Shown: in pieces, positions 1 through 10,042 of the stretch
Numbering within the stretch: the stretch's first letter is position 1
How the letters are laid out: each line of letters begins with the position of its first letter
Assembly: GCA_016212525.1 (NCBI GenBank)
Contig: JACRGD010000007.1
Span: forward strand, 134,863 to 198,862
Length of the DNA stretch: 64,000 nucleotides
Direction: 5' to 3'
Source of the DNA: Candidatus Micrarchaeota archaeon
GTDB taxonomy: Archaea; Micrarchaeota; Micrarchaeia; Anstonellales; Bilamarchaeaceae
Notes under the pieces: model-generated
What the model was told of the DNA's origin: nothing
Database searches by the model: none
Seen by the model: only the letters and a program-made list of their open reading frames with translations
Program-made: the position numbers and the translations under genes

Positions 1-2391
1 ATTGGCAAATTCCCTGCTTCCCTTACCAGATAATGCAATTTCCACAGTTCCAACGGGAGTGGGAGTGATTTTGAGGGTTGAAGAGTCGTCACTAAGTCCA
101 ATCATCTTAAGGGTTGCAAGAACTGCCTTTGCCATCTGACAAACAATTTTATCATCAGGAACCGGATTTCTAAGAGTGTGCACAAATATCGCAGCAGAAA
201 CTCCGAAAAAGAAAACAAACCAGAAAACCAATATAGTAATGCAGCTCTGAATTCCGCCTCTAGTGAGAGAAGAATAGAGTGCCGAAAGTACACTCATAAC
301 TAAGAAGGCATACATGGCAAGATAAAGAAATCTAAGAGTGCTAACCGGAACTACTTTTTGCTCCATTTTAACTTCTACTGCACCGGTTTCAGAATCCTCG
401 TAAATTGAGCCTATGCCCCAAAGTTCACGGGTTTTATTACGACTAATGGCTCGATTAATCATTCGATCATTGAGAATTTGCATATCGGATCTAAACGCAA
501 TCGAATCACGAGTTCCTGTCCACAATCTCCAAAGCCCGCCCTCAAGATGATCGACTCCCTTCATAATTCGTCCTTGATCGTCAACAGAATAGAGGAGACC
601 GTGTTTTTTGCGCATCTTGGAAAGCTGGCTAAACATTCCCGGATAAACGCACACGATGTCCCAGTTGTTTGAAACTTTTAATGGATCTTCTGGATCGATA
701 CGCAATGCGCGTCCCCGAATTTGCTGAACACTGGTTCCAAACGAGATAGCAGTTAGATCGACCATCGTATTTAATTTAAGCGAGTCCCAACCTTCTCCAA
801 AAAGGGCTTTGGTTCCAATTAGCAGCCTCGTTAAGCCTTTTGAAAACAAAGAGGTTACCAGAATAGTATATGTAGAGGGCCTCCAGTCTTTTCCTTCGCC
901 CTCGAGTATCGCATATCCGTCCATATGCTTAAAAGTAATCGAAATATCGAATTTTTTCTCTTTGGCAAGTACAAGCAATTCTTCCCGAAATCGCTCTGCC
1001 AAATCATCATCACAATACAACCTGGTCCCGGTAACTAAAACCGGATCAAGCTCATCAAGATCTTTTAGCAAACGAATGAAAACGAATGCTGCACTTCCCA
1101 TAGCTTTCATACCAGAGACAGACGCAGAAGGCACATGAGTGTCAAAATCGACCATTATCAATGCCCGAAGATTTGTTTTCATTGCGTCCGATTCTTTTCG
1201 CAAAATACTAATTGCACCTAGAACGCGATTTTCAGAATATGAAAGAGCCTGTTTTTCGACAGTATCAGCAACCCGCAAAACCTTGTTTGAATAAGTGAAA
1301 CCGTTGGTCTTTAGAAGATGAAACGCCTTCTTCTGGTCTTCTTCGGGCATTATAGGATAAGCATAATCAAGAAATCCCTTTATCAACAATAGACACTCAT
1401 CATAGCCATCTGGTTCAACAGCTGACTTTCCGCTAACAACCAACGAATAGAGTGCATAATCATCCTTGTATGAATCGCCCTCGACTATCGATTTGACAAA
1501 CTCAGGATACATAGGATGCATAAGAAGTGCCCGAAATACATTGGAAGTCCTTTTGATCTGCGATTGAATAAGTTCAAGTTCGCTCGAAGTAGGCGAAACA
1601 AAATACGCTAGTTCCCGGTACGGCGCAAGAAAGCCCTCCTTGACAACTGCAGGAGTCGAGACTTCATAGTTAACATTTGGCAACAAATCGAAAAACACGT
1701 CTTTCTCTTCGGCAATTGGATATGTCGCCGTCAGTCCGATCACTTGGGCATCAAGTTCGAGTTTAAGGTATGCGATCACCAATCCCCAATAGTCAAGAAG
1801 GTGATGACATTCGTCGAGAATTATAACTTTTACCCCAGCCGCCTTCATTCGTGCGACCAGCTCAAGTGCATTTTTATGGAGTCCTTTTGCGATAACTGAA
1901 CGATCCGCTTCGCGTCTAAGCTTTGAGACATACGAGGCGATTCGCTTGTCATAATTTTCCTTATTCAATTTTTCAATTCGACCCAGCTCTAAGAGGGCTT
2001 CCTCTTGAGGAATTGTTTTACAAAGTTCAGATATCCAGGCATCCCGGGCCATTTTTTCAAGAGATGCACTTGCTTCGGATCGCGTCGAAATTCGTTGATA
2101 GGTGACTATATTAAGAAATGCACTAACATCCGAATCAAGCGAAGCTGCATCATCGGAATTATTGCAAAAATAAGACAACTTGTCTTTCCACTGACGGGCA
2201 ATGATAGTCGTGGGTGCAAAAACAATTGCAGGTTTTCCTATTCGTCTAATTAGTTCAAGACCAATAATAGTTTTTCCTGAACCCGGAGGTGCGACAATAA
2301 GCATTTCCTTATTGCTTAGATTGGCCTGTGCTAGTACATCAGATTGATATTTTCTAAATTGTAATGAGGGTTCGTGGAGTGGACAGTCCAT
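1..2391 (-). CDS. SF2 (DEAD/DEAH-box) helicase with two C-terminal hydrophobic segments; truncated by the window's left edge
   Basis: Manual translation from ATG at 2391 (MDCPLHEPSLQFRKYQ) finds no stop before base 1. Motifs: Walker A APPGSGKT, Walker B ILDECHH, motif III GLTAT, motif V LLGEGWD, motif VI QQIRGRALR. Hydrophobic stretches FLYLAMYAFLVMSVLSALY and ITILVFWFVFFFGVSAAIFV. Absent from the ORF track because it has no stop in the window. Confidence 0.9.
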   Translation of the reverse strand, partial: MDCPLHEPSLQFRKYQSDVLAQANLSNKEMLIVAPPGSGKTIIGLELIRRIGKPAIVFAPTTIIARQWKDKLSYFCNNSDDAASLDSDVSAFLNIVTYQRISTRSEASASLEKMARDAWISELCKTIPQEEALLELGRIEKLNKENYDKRIASYVSKLRREADRSVIAKGLHKNALELVARMKAAGVKVIILDECHHLLDYWGLVIAYLKLELDAQVIGLTATYPIAEEKDVFFDLLPNVNYEVSTPAVVKEGFLAPYRELAYFVSPTSSELELIQSQIKRTSNVFRALLMHPMYPEFVKSIVEGDSYKDDYALYSLVVSGKSAVEPDGYDECLLLIKGFLDYAYPIMPEEDQKKAFHLLKTNGFTYSNKVLRVADTVEKQALSYSENRVLGAISILRKESDAMKTNLRALIMVDFDTHVPSASVSGMKAMGSAAFVFIRLLKDLDELDPVLVTGTRLYCDDDLAERFREELLVLAKEKKFDISITFKHMDGYAILEGEGKDWRPSTYTILVTSLFSKGLTRLLIGTKALFGEGWDSLKLNTMVDLTAISFGTSVQQIRGRALRIDPEDPLKVSNNWDIVCVYPGMFSQLSKMRKKHGLLYSVDDQGRIMKGVDHLEGGLWRLWTGTRDSIAFRSDMQILNDRMINRAISRNKTRELWGIGSIYEDSETGAVEVKMEQKVVPVSTLRFLYLAMYAFLVMSVLSALYSSLTRGGIQSCITILVFWFVFFFGVSAAIFVHTLRNPVPDDKIVCQMAKAVLATLKMIGLSDDSSTLKITPTPVGTVEIALSGKGSREFAN

Positions 2392-2430
2392 GGGCAAAAA
2401 ATGGAAGGATTAATTATTATTACTATTAGT

Positions 2431-3492
2431 TCAAGCCACAGTATTTAGAACGATTTCATAAATCATGCGAGCATGCATCTCGACGATTGGGTTTCCTTCA
2501 TTTTTCGGAGACATTAAAATTAGTACAAAAACAAGTTTTCCACGTTTAACAATACCACACCTAAGCTGCACAAGAGTATTGTTTATGATTCCATCTGCCA
2601 GATAAGTACCCTGGACATTTTGGATGGATTTGTAATGCAGATCAGAGTCAGATTTCCAGTCGTCTTGAAGAATCACTTGTGAATCGGCCATTTCTGCTTT
2701 TGAAGTTTGAAGAAGAGCGCTTACATCATCAACTCCAGCTAAACTTGGATCAATAGCCTTGATCCTAAGGTAGCTTATAAGCTCATTTTCATGCATGAGC
2801 AGAAGATCAACTGCACTTTTTCCCTTGAGCTTGCTTTCCAGGACACGAACATTCCAATTGAGAGGATGAGTAAATGAGTATTTTAAATCAGGAACTTTTG
2901 TTTCTATAAATTTTTCTAATGGACCGTACCCCAGAGGGTTCAATAGTTTAAAGGAAAATTCGGCAATTACGATATTGGTCATCGATTTTCCATCAGGAGC
3001 TACATACCTGCTTTTTGGAACAGATGCACTTATTAGATAAATTCCCTTGCCATCAAAAAATGCAACAGTACGAACCACGTAGGGAGTTTTTCCATCGATC
3101 TGGGATATAAATGTTCCACCAACATCCACAAAAGGACGTTCATCAAACCACTCATTCAAATGAATTGTAGTAATATGATTCGCTAAATTGAAATGAACCA
3201 AATAATCGCGTAATGAGATTTCCAGGGGAATGGGAGTAAAAGTTACACTTATAGAAACACCATCAGAAGATTCTTTTTCATAGAAACCACCCAAAACAAC
3301 AGGTCTTAGCGACTCAAGCTTTTGTTCTCCCAGATCTTTAGTCATACGCCAGGCTTTTGGAATCAGTATCGAAAAAGAAAAATTCCGGTCGTTAAAAGGA
3401 GTAATATGAAGTAAATTGTGAGTTTTTTCAAGGTCTTTTTGAAGAAGAACTTTTTTATCGGGAAAAATCGGCTCCGACATCACAGAAATCAC
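2431..3492 (-). CDS. Hypothetical protein with two putative PsbP/DcrB-like domains
   Basis: 353-aa ORF; two halves begin with similar motifs (FSFSILIPKAWRM and YSFTHPLNWNV) typical of PsbP-like folds; fold call is by eye. Confidence 0.5.
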   Translation of the reverse strand: MISVMSEPIFPDKKVLLQKDLEKTHNLLHITPFNDRNFSFSILIPKAWRMTKDLGEQKLESLRPVVLGGFYEKESSDGVSISVTFTPIPLEISLRDYLVHFNLANHITTIHLNEWFDERPFVDVGGTFISQIDGKTPYVVRTVAFFDGKGIYLISASVPKSRYVAPDGKSMTNIVIAEFSFKLLNPLGYGPLEKFIETKVPDLKYSFTHPLNWNVRVLESKLKGKSAVDLLLMHENELISYLRIKAIDPSLAGVDDVSALLQTSKAEMADSQVILQDDWKSDSDLHYKSIQNVQGTYLADGIINNTLVQLRCGIVKRGKLVFVLILMSPKNEGNPIVEMHARMIYEIVLNTVA

Positions 3493-3495
3493 AGA

Positions 3496-4230
3496 TCAAT
3501 GCAGCTCGCTAGCCAAGCCTGCAATCAGGTTCTCGAGCTTGGGAGTCGCATTCTTCATTACAGTCAAACTATCATCGTGTTTGATCTTCTTTTTCTTTGG
3601 ATTTGGTTCAAGGCCGGCACAATAATAAGAGGCAACAGCAACTGCAGCGAAATCGATCTCGCCTTCGCCCAAAAGTGCCATCTCAAATCCGGCAGAATTG
3701 GAAACCAGATTGGCACCGAGCTTTTCTAGTGCCTTGACTTCGGAGCGGGTTTCTCGTCTTGGACCAATAGTGGTTCCAATTACCGCACCATCTTTAATAC
3801 CGATTTTTTTGGATCTTGAAACTGCCGCAATAGTATCTACTATTCGCTCATCAAATGGATGTGTAAAATCCTTCTGGTGAATTCCGAGCGAAAAATCATC
3901 GTAAAAAGTAGCAGGTGCTCCAGTAAGGTTCATGAAATCATCAACCAGGGCCAGATCCTCGATTTTGTATTTAGAAGAAACGATTCCGCAATCATAGATA
4001 GCAAGAATGCCAGTTACATCCAGCTGCCGCATTGCCGCAGCGTTGGCCCGGTAGTTTATCTTGTGAGACGGAATCAGGTGGCTTTTGCCATGACGCGGAA
4101 GGAAAACGATTTCTTCATTTGCAAATGTCACAAGCGAAGCATTTGCGACTCCATGTTTAGTAGAGACGCGCAAATCTTCCTTTTCCTTTCCAAGAGTATA
4201 AAATCCGGTTCCTGAAATTACTGCAAGCAT
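3496..4230 (-). CDS. mtnP: Methylthioadenosine/purine nucleoside phosphorylase (MTAP family)
   Basis: AVISGTGFY, FLPRHGKSH, INYRANA and GPRRET motifs of the MTAP/PNP family; substrate not certain. Confidence 0.8.
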   Translation of the reverse strand: MLAVISGTGFYTLGKEKEDLRVSTKHGVANASLVTFANEEIVFLPRHGKSHLIPSHKINYRANAAAMRQLDVTGILAIYDCGIVSSKYKIEDLALVDDFMNLTGAPATFYDDFSLGIHQKDFTHPFDERIVDTIAAVSRSKKIGIKDGAVIGTTIGPRRETRSEVKALEKLGANLVSNSAGFEMALLGEGEIDFAAVAVASYYCAGLEPNPKKKKIKHDDSLTVMKNATPKLENLIAGLASELH

Positions 4231-4261
4231 GTGAGGTAATTGCAGATTCGCTTTATATCTC

Positions 4262-4876
4262 TTACTTTATTCGCCCTGAAATTTCGGTAGAATATCGAAC
4301 CAACCGGGGAACATTTTCCAGATTTAACTCTGCGATCGTCCCGTTTTGGGTGTCAAAACTCCGGAAACTGGCAAGGCTTGAAACCAAGGAACATAGAAGA
4401 ACGTTAAGCACACAATAGTGAGTAACAATGCAAATCACATCGTTCCCGTTTTTCTTGACGAGTTTTTCGAACATTGGTAAGACTCTTGCCTGCACTTGGA
4501 TAAGACTTTCGCCCCCGGGAATTGGATTATTTTGCGGGTCGTAATGCCATCCTTTCCAGGCATCGGGAAATTCGTCCTTAATTTCGAGTTCGCTTCGCTT
4601 GTCCCATTCACCACAATCAAGCTCGCCAAATGCATCAACCACCTCGATTGTAGCTCCAGATGCATCGGCAATATGCTGGGCAGTCTGAAGAGTACGCTTA
4701 AAGGGACTTGAATAAATTTTAGTTATTTTATGGGCGGCAAGAATCAGTCCAAGTTCGTTTGCCTGTTTAAATCCCAGCTCGCTTAAGCCTTCATCCTCAT
4801 GAGCACGACAGTTATAGATACGATCAATATTAGCAACGCTCTGACAATGTCTAACAATAAAAACTTTGCAAACCAT
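4262..4876 (-). CDS. Histidine phosphatase family protein (phosphoglycerate mutase-like)
   Basis: VRHCQS (RHG variant), YSSPFKRTLQTA, GES and IVTH motifs; likely start MVCKVF at 4876. Confidence 0.9.
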   Translation of the reverse strand: MVCKVFIVRHCQSVANIDRIYNCRAHEDEGLSELGFKQANELGLILAAHKITKIYSSPFKRTLQTAQHIADASGATIEVVDAFGELDCGEWDKRSELEIKDEFPDAWKGWHYDPQNNPIPGGESLIQVQARVLPMFEKLVKKNGNDVICIVTHYCVLNVLLCSLVSSLASFRSFDTQNGTIAELNLENVPRLVRYSTEISGRIK

Positions 4877-4919
4877 TTTTTCACCAGTATAGAGATAGAT
4901 CCAAAATAAACAAACATCA

Positions 4920-5498
4920 CTAGAGTTCAAAGAAATTCTTTAATATCTGCTCGCCATGCTCAGTGTGCCAGACTTCAGGGTGGAACTGAACGCTCCAGAT
5001 GGGTCGCGAAACATGACACATTGCTTCAAGAGAGCAGGAATCAGACCGGGCAAGGCCAACAAAGCCCGAGGGGAGATTTTTTACCTCGTCAAAATGAGAA
5101 ACCCAGGCCCGAAACTTTGGAACTACGTCTTTGAACATAGCTTCCTGCTTTTGAACAGTTATCTCGCAGACACCATATTCAGCACTCTTGCCTTTTGCAA
5201 CCTGCGCACCAAAACAATGGCCAATCATCTGATGACCATAGCAGATTCCCAAAAGAGGCAAAGATATAAGGCCCTCTTTGACTTTTTTACATGCATAAGA
5301 ACTCAAATTAGGTGGATCGGTATAGACACTGCTTGGACCACCTGAGAGAACGATTCGCTTTGCACCAGAATTTAGAAGATCATCGAATTCTTTTTCAGAT
5401 GAACGGGAGTTGATAATTTGCGATTCAAAATCCATATCCCGGGCAGTTCGCTTAATTAAATGAGTATATTGAGAGCCATTATCGATAATTACGATCAT
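4920..5498 (-). CDS. guaAA: GMP synthase, glutamine amidotransferase subunit A
   Basis: IDNGSQYTHLI, LSGGP, LGICYGHQ and QFHPEV class I GATase motifs, as a stand-alone archaeal subunit. Confidence 0.9.
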   Translation of the reverse strand: MIVIIDNGSQYTHLIKRTARDMDFESQIINSRSSEKEFDDLLNSGAKRIVLSGGPSSVYTDPPNLSSYACKKVKEGLISLPLLGICYGHQMIGHCFGAQVAKGKSAEYGVCEITVQKQEAMFKDVVPKFRAWVSHFDEVKNLPSGFVGLARSDSCSLEAMCHVSRPIWSVQFHPEVWHTEHGEQILKNFFEL

Positions 5499-5540
5499 AA
5501 GGAGATGTTGACTGATTCGTTTTTTATTGGCTGCGGAGAA

Positions 5541-6785
5541 TCATATTTCGCTCTTTATTATCATCCGATCGTCAATAGACAGAACCTCTGAAACGGCTAC
5601 CGAGAGTCGCTTATCAAACATAGTCTGTATGAAAAATTGACCCCGCTTAGAATCAAAGCCCACGATTTTACCGATGTAGCTGCCATGATTGGAAATTACT
5701 TCCTTGCCTTCGAGTTTCATATCCTTGAGTATTTGTGAGCGATACCAGTGAACAAGACGAGAACTTAGATACCCCACAACAATTGCAAGAATCATTGCAA
5801 CAAGGAAAGTTCCAAAATCGACATAAGGTTCAGAAAGATTAACAATCCAGAGACTCGAGATGAAAAGTACAAAAGTCGAGATAGCAGTCATGGAAAAATA
5901 TAAAAGGTATTTAGCCGCCTCGTAGCGTTTCTTTTCATTAAGAGCATCAAGAATCTTTGAAATAATAAGAAATATGAATCCGATGAAAAATATCCAGACA
6001 GTATTACCAATGGCGTAAAAGACTACTTTTTCAACACGGAGGTTGGCAGAAAATGCATGATGCAGAGATTGGTATGCCACAAAAATACCAGTTAGAAATA
6101 TAGCAAGAGAAGCAAGGTATCCAACCCAACTGGTCCGGTCCAGTGAAACTCTAAAGTCTTTAAGGAATGAAAAAATCAAATTCTCAAGACCAGAGATTTT
6201 CATAAGCAAATATAGGCCGATAAGAATACCAACAGGCTGCCATCCGAGCCCAAGATAACTCGAGAGCGAAGTGAGCAGGATAAGAAGAGCGGGAATGCCA
6301 ATCATAATACGGGCATAATATGGATCCTTCAATTTTTCAAGTAGGACAAAATAAGTCTTTTCGAGTTCCTTGGCCTGTTTTATGAAGACGACCCTTGTTG
6401 AATCGACCTTAAGGCGGGACTTAATTATCGGAAGAATTTCTTCATCTGCCGGGCCATCAGAGATGAGAATGCTCGAGGCCGGACTTAATTCAGTAATTAT
6501 TCGCTCGAGCTGAGCACTTATGTTCCGATCGGCCTTAAAGCCCAGTTCCTTATCTCCGGTCAAGGTAACTACTTCGACATTGATGCCGTCCTTGCATAGT
6601 TGATCGTAAGTTTTGATGGCATAGAACATCGAATTTGAATCTGGATCTTCCGGATCGCTTAATGAGAGGCCGATGGCTGCCTTAAGATTGTTTTCGCGAC
6701 CGATAATTGGACCATTAAAACCTGCCTTTTCGTAGACGTCGTTGTCCCGATCTATGCAGATTATCAGAATAGGCCTACTCATCAA
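5541..6785 (-). CDS. DUF373 family membrane protein with C-terminal PRC-barrel-like domain
   Basis: IICIDRDND N-terminus, DPEDPDSN, several TM helices, C-terminal GKEVISNHGSYIGKI. Confidence 0.75.
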   Translation of the reverse strand: MMSRPILIICIDRDNDVYEKAGFNGPIIGRENNLKAAIGLSLSDPEDPDSNSMFYAIKTYDQLCKDGINVEVVTLTGDKELGFKADRNISAQLERIITELSPASSILISDGPADEEILPIIKSRLKVDSTRVVFIKQAKELEKTYFVLLEKLKDPYYARIMIGIPALLILLTSLSSYLGLGWQPVGILIGLYLLMKISGLENLIFSFLKDFRVSLDRTSWVGYLASLAIFLTGIFVAYQSLHHAFSANLRVEKVVFYAIGNTVWIFFIGFIFLIISKILDALNEKKRYEAAKYLLYFSMTAISTFVLFISSLWIVNLSEPYVDFGTFLVAMILAIVVGYLSSRLVHWYRSQILKDMKLEGKEVISNHGSYIGKIVGFDSKRGQFFIQTMFDKRLSVAVSEVLSIDDRMIIKSEI

Positions 6786-7020
6786 TTATCCCTAATTTAA
6801 CATAAACGCATAGGTATTTATTAAACAAGTGGGAGTATCAATCGGCGATGAGGATAAAGAGGTATTTCTGAAAAAGGATGACAAAGTTAAGAGAAGCCGA
6901 GCCACCAAAAAGATAACAAAACTAGATATAATCAGTCTGAGGAATTAGTTGTTCGCTGTTTTGATCGGAGAATCATAAATCAAGGCAATGGATAATCTAT
7001 AAAATCGTTTTCTAAACAAT

Positions 7021-7136
7021 TGGATGCTCGGTCAACTGAAGTTCTACTCCAGTGAACCTAAGACGAGCATCCTCAGCCGCACGCCCCATAAAAAAGTTTT
7101 TCCTATGGCCCGCCGTCCTCGTTCATCGGATGGGAT
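7021..7136 (-). ncRNA. Candidate structured ncRNA (C/D-box-like, with an alternative hairpin)
   Basis: GC-rich island in an AT-rich intergenic gap. On the minus strand: CATCC-GATGA ... CTGA-GGATG, an internal CCATA..TATGG hairpin, then a GGATGCTC/GAGCATCC stem. Confidence 0.4.
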
Positions 7137-7158
7137 AGGATTAACTATAATCGACAAA

Positions 7159-7929
7159 TCAGTTTAGATTCAGAGTGTCGGAGGAGGTCAAAGTCCTGCC
7201 AAAGCCAACATACGTAACAGTAACAGTTACGCTGCGTGCATTAGTAAGTTGTCTAATCTGATTTTTGGTTATAGAAAGATTCTGCGAATAATAGATATTG
7301 CCTGCGAGTATAGAATAAGAGTCACTCCTAAGGGGAAATTGAGTTTCAAATAACTTTCTAGATTGATCAAAAATAGCCAAGGTACCAGAACCGGATGGGT
7401 TGAGATATTTTCCATTGCCATTATTATCGCGTATTGCAAAGGTTGTAGAGTATTGAGTATCGCTAAGATCAGGAGTCGGACCCAAACTAACGCCAAAAAA
7501 CGAGATTTTTGCGTCAGTAGGTAGTGAGGTTGGCGCAGGAGGAAGAGTGTTTTCGTTTTTTATAAAGGCGGAAACTACATCCTGAATGATCCCCATGCTT
7601 GAACCGGCCGGAGGAGTCTTGTTGAACGCTTGATAACAGTAGGTGGAAGCACCAGCTGAAGAAACCCGAGTACAAACGGATGAATCGTTGGTTAGAGTCC
7701 CATATTTCACCAGGCAATTATCGACACCATTAGAGTTGCGATTGAATGTTCGCTCGCAAAGCGAGGAATCGTGTTTTTCTGCAGCCACAGTGGCCACGCA
7801 ATCACCATCAACACCATAAAATTCAGTTGAATTGAGTTTGCATTTAGTAACTTCAGAAGGTAGTTGAGAAGTACAACCGACCAAAACCAATCCGAGAGCG
7901 AGCAAAAAAATACCGATAATAGAACGCAT
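7159..7929 (-). CDS. Secreted or lipoprotein-like hypothetical protein with Cys-rich N-terminal region
   Basis: Signal MRSIIGIFLLALGLVLVGC (lipobox-like), followed by paired Cys helical repeats. Confidence 0.7.
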   Translation of the reverse strand: MRSIIGIFLLALGLVLVGCTSQLPSEVTKCKLNSTEFYGVDGDCVATVAAEKHDSSLCERTFNRNSNGVDNCLVKYGTLTNDSSVCTRVSSAGASTYCYQAFNKTPPAGSSMGIIQDVVSAFIKNENTLPPAPTSLPTDAKISFFGVSLGPTPDLSDTQYSTTFAIRDNNGNGKYLNPSGSGTLAIFDQSRKLFETQFPLRSDSYSILAGNIYYSQNLSITKNQIRQLTNARSVTVTVTYVGFGRTLTSSDTLNLN

Positions 7930-8019
7930 GGAAATTATTGGAAGTGAATCGCATTAAAAAGAAATAGGTTACCAAACGATGAACTAAGAAGAAAAATAAA
8001 CAAAAAATAAGGAAAAAGA

Positions 8020-9993
8020 TTAGGCCAGATTACTCATTTTCTTTAGCAACTTGTCCTTATCTGGCCCTTCAAAGAGCGCGTGGGTTAGGACCTGCGCCAA
8101 ATCAGAAACAGTAACGATTTCGATCTTTTCCAAAATGGCCTTTGGAAGATAGACATCCTGCTCATTTGCCTTTGGAATTAGGACTTTTTTCATTCCAGCA
8201 TCTATTGCGGCTTTGATTTTACCATTGATTCCACCAACTGGAAGAACCTTGCCGCGCACATCAAGCGAGCCAGTCATTGCAACAGACTGGACAACAGGAA
8301 CATTGGCAATGGCAGAAATTACTGCAACGGCAATCGAAATCGATGCGGAATCTCCCTCGACACCGTCGTATGTCTGAAGGAACTGAATATGCAGATCAGT
8401 CTTTGAGATCTCATTTCCAACGTATTTCTTGAAGATAGCAGATACATTTTCAACTGCCTCTTTAGCAATAGTACCAAGTTTACCAGTAGCAATTACATGA
8501 CCCTCACTTTTTGAAGCAGAGGGAGCTGCCTGTGCAGCAATTGGCAGAACCAGACCAGAACGGGCATCGCCCAAAACAGCAAGGCCATTTACACGGCCGA
8601 TTTCCTGTCCAGTATTTGAGACTGCCTGGTATTCTTTGCGGTGCTCAACAGTTCTCGATATCACCTGAGATTCGATTGTCCTAAAGCTTTTCTTGGCTTC
8701 AGTAATTTCAGCAGGAGTAACAACAGAAAGACCTTTTTCACGGGCCACATCACCTGCAGCACGGATCAGACCGCCCAATTCACGCAGATTCAGAGTGAAC
8801 TTTTTCTTTCGACCAGCTGCAATGCGAGCCTCCTCTACAATTTCCATCACAGCATCCTTATCAAATGGAGGAGTCTTACCATCCTTTCTTACCTCCTGAG
8901 CTACCCAGATTATCATCTTATCCTCATTCTCAGGAGTATCATCAAGAGTATCTTCAACGTAAACTTCGTATCCCGCGCCACGGATTCTAGAACGAAGTGC
9001 CGGGTGTACATGCTGCATGTCCGGCAGGTTTCCTGCAGCTACAAGAACAAAATCAGTTGGAACTTGCTGAGTCTTGACAAGAGCACCAGAACTCATCTCA
9101 CTCTGGCCGGTAATTGGATATCGCTTTTCCTGCATGGCAGTAAGAATTTCCTGCTGCCAATTGATTTTTAGTGAAGCTATTTCATCTATGAACAGGACAC
9201 CCTTGCTAGATTGATGGATTGCTCCAGCTTCAACCCTAAGGTGGGCAGGAGTTCCAAGACCACCACTTTGAAGTGGATCGTGTTTAACATCACCAAGAAG
9301 CGAACCCGCACGCGAACCAGTGGCATCGATAAATGGCGCAGTCGGACGGTCAGTATTGTCAATTATGAGCTTTGGACCACTGGATTCTTTTGGAGCGAGC
9401 CGCTTACCAAGACCCGCGGTCGCATTCGAGATCACAAACAAAAGTCCAAGGCCAAGTGTCGCAGCGAGTATGAGCCATTTGAGATTTTCTGATAAGTCAG
9501 TTACAAAAAGGACATAACCAAGAATCACTGCGATAATTGCGATAGGCAAAATGGGAGAGATTCCCTTCTCTTCATCTTCAGATTTGAAATTGGCGATCCT
9601 TCGACCAACACCAACTTTGATTAGCGATGGCAGATCTTCTGGTTTGGCTTTTCGGATTTGCTCGATTTCAGCAGGTGAAAAATATTTGAAAAGGCCGTTT
9701 AACTTTATATAGTCATAATCAGGAAAAGTCTTAACTACCCGGATCAGGGGCTGATTTTCATTTTTTGGATTTGGATAGGAGAGCACATCCTCTAGCTCTT
9801 CCTTTTGCATAAGCTGTGCCATTGCCTGGGCAAGCATACTTTTTCCGGTTCCGGGAGTTCCGATGAGTAAAACATGTCGTTTTTGCTTTGCTGCTTTTTT
9901 AACAATCTCAACGGCCCTCTCCTGGCCAATAACCTGGTCAATAAGCATTTGCGGGATTTTAATATCCGCAGTAGTCTTGAAATTTATAGCCAT
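8020..9993 (-). CDS. lonB: Archaeal Lon protease (LonB, membrane-anchored)
   Basis: IGTPGTGKS Walker A, two TM helices inserted in the AAA domain, LFIDEI Walker B, GDSASIS catalytic Ser. Confidence 0.97.
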   Translation of the reverse strand: MAINFKTTADIKIPQMLIDQVIGQERAVEIVKKAAKQKRHVLLIGTPGTGKSMLAQAMAQLMQKEELEDVLSYPNPKNENQPLIRVVKTFPDYDYIKLNGLFKYFSPAEIEQIRKAKPEDLPSLIKVGVGRRIANFKSEDEEKGISPILPIAIIAVILGYVLFVTDLSENLKWLILAATLGLGLLFVISNATAGLGKRLAPKESSGPKLIIDNTDRPTAPFIDATGSRAGSLLGDVKHDPLQSGGLGTPAHLRVEAGAIHQSSKGVLFIDEIASLKINWQQEILTAMQEKRYPITGQSEMSSGALVKTQQVPTDFVLVAAGNLPDMQHVHPALRSRIRGAGYEVYVEDTLDDTPENEDKMIIWVAQEVRKDGKTPPFDKDAVMEIVEEARIAAGRKKKFTLNLRELGGLIRAAGDVAREKGLSVVTPAEITEAKKSFRTIESQVISRTVEHRKEYQAVSNTGQEIGRVNGLAVLGDARSGLVLPIAAQAAPSASKSEGHVIATGKLGTIAKEAVENVSAIFKKYVGNEISKTDLHIQFLQTYDGVEGDSASISIAVAVISAIANVPVVQSVAMTGSLDVRGKVLPVGGINGKIKAAIDAGMKKVLIPKANEQDVYLPKAILEKIEIVTVSDLAQVLTHALFEGPDKDKLLKKMSNLA

Positions 9994-10042
9994 GAAAACA
10001 CTCTAATAACACACTCAAATACAGTATTAATATTGTTTTTGG

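Noticed and set aside
102-2253. Short ORFs 102-293, 478-672, 809-1138, 1923-2105 and 2005-2253
   Set aside because: All are alternative-frame or antisense shadows of the helicase reading frame.
7040-7092. Resemblance to a TPP riboswitch (GGGG..GCTGAG)
   Set aside because: It lacks the ACCTGAT/P4-P5 elements, and no thiamine gene lies downstream.
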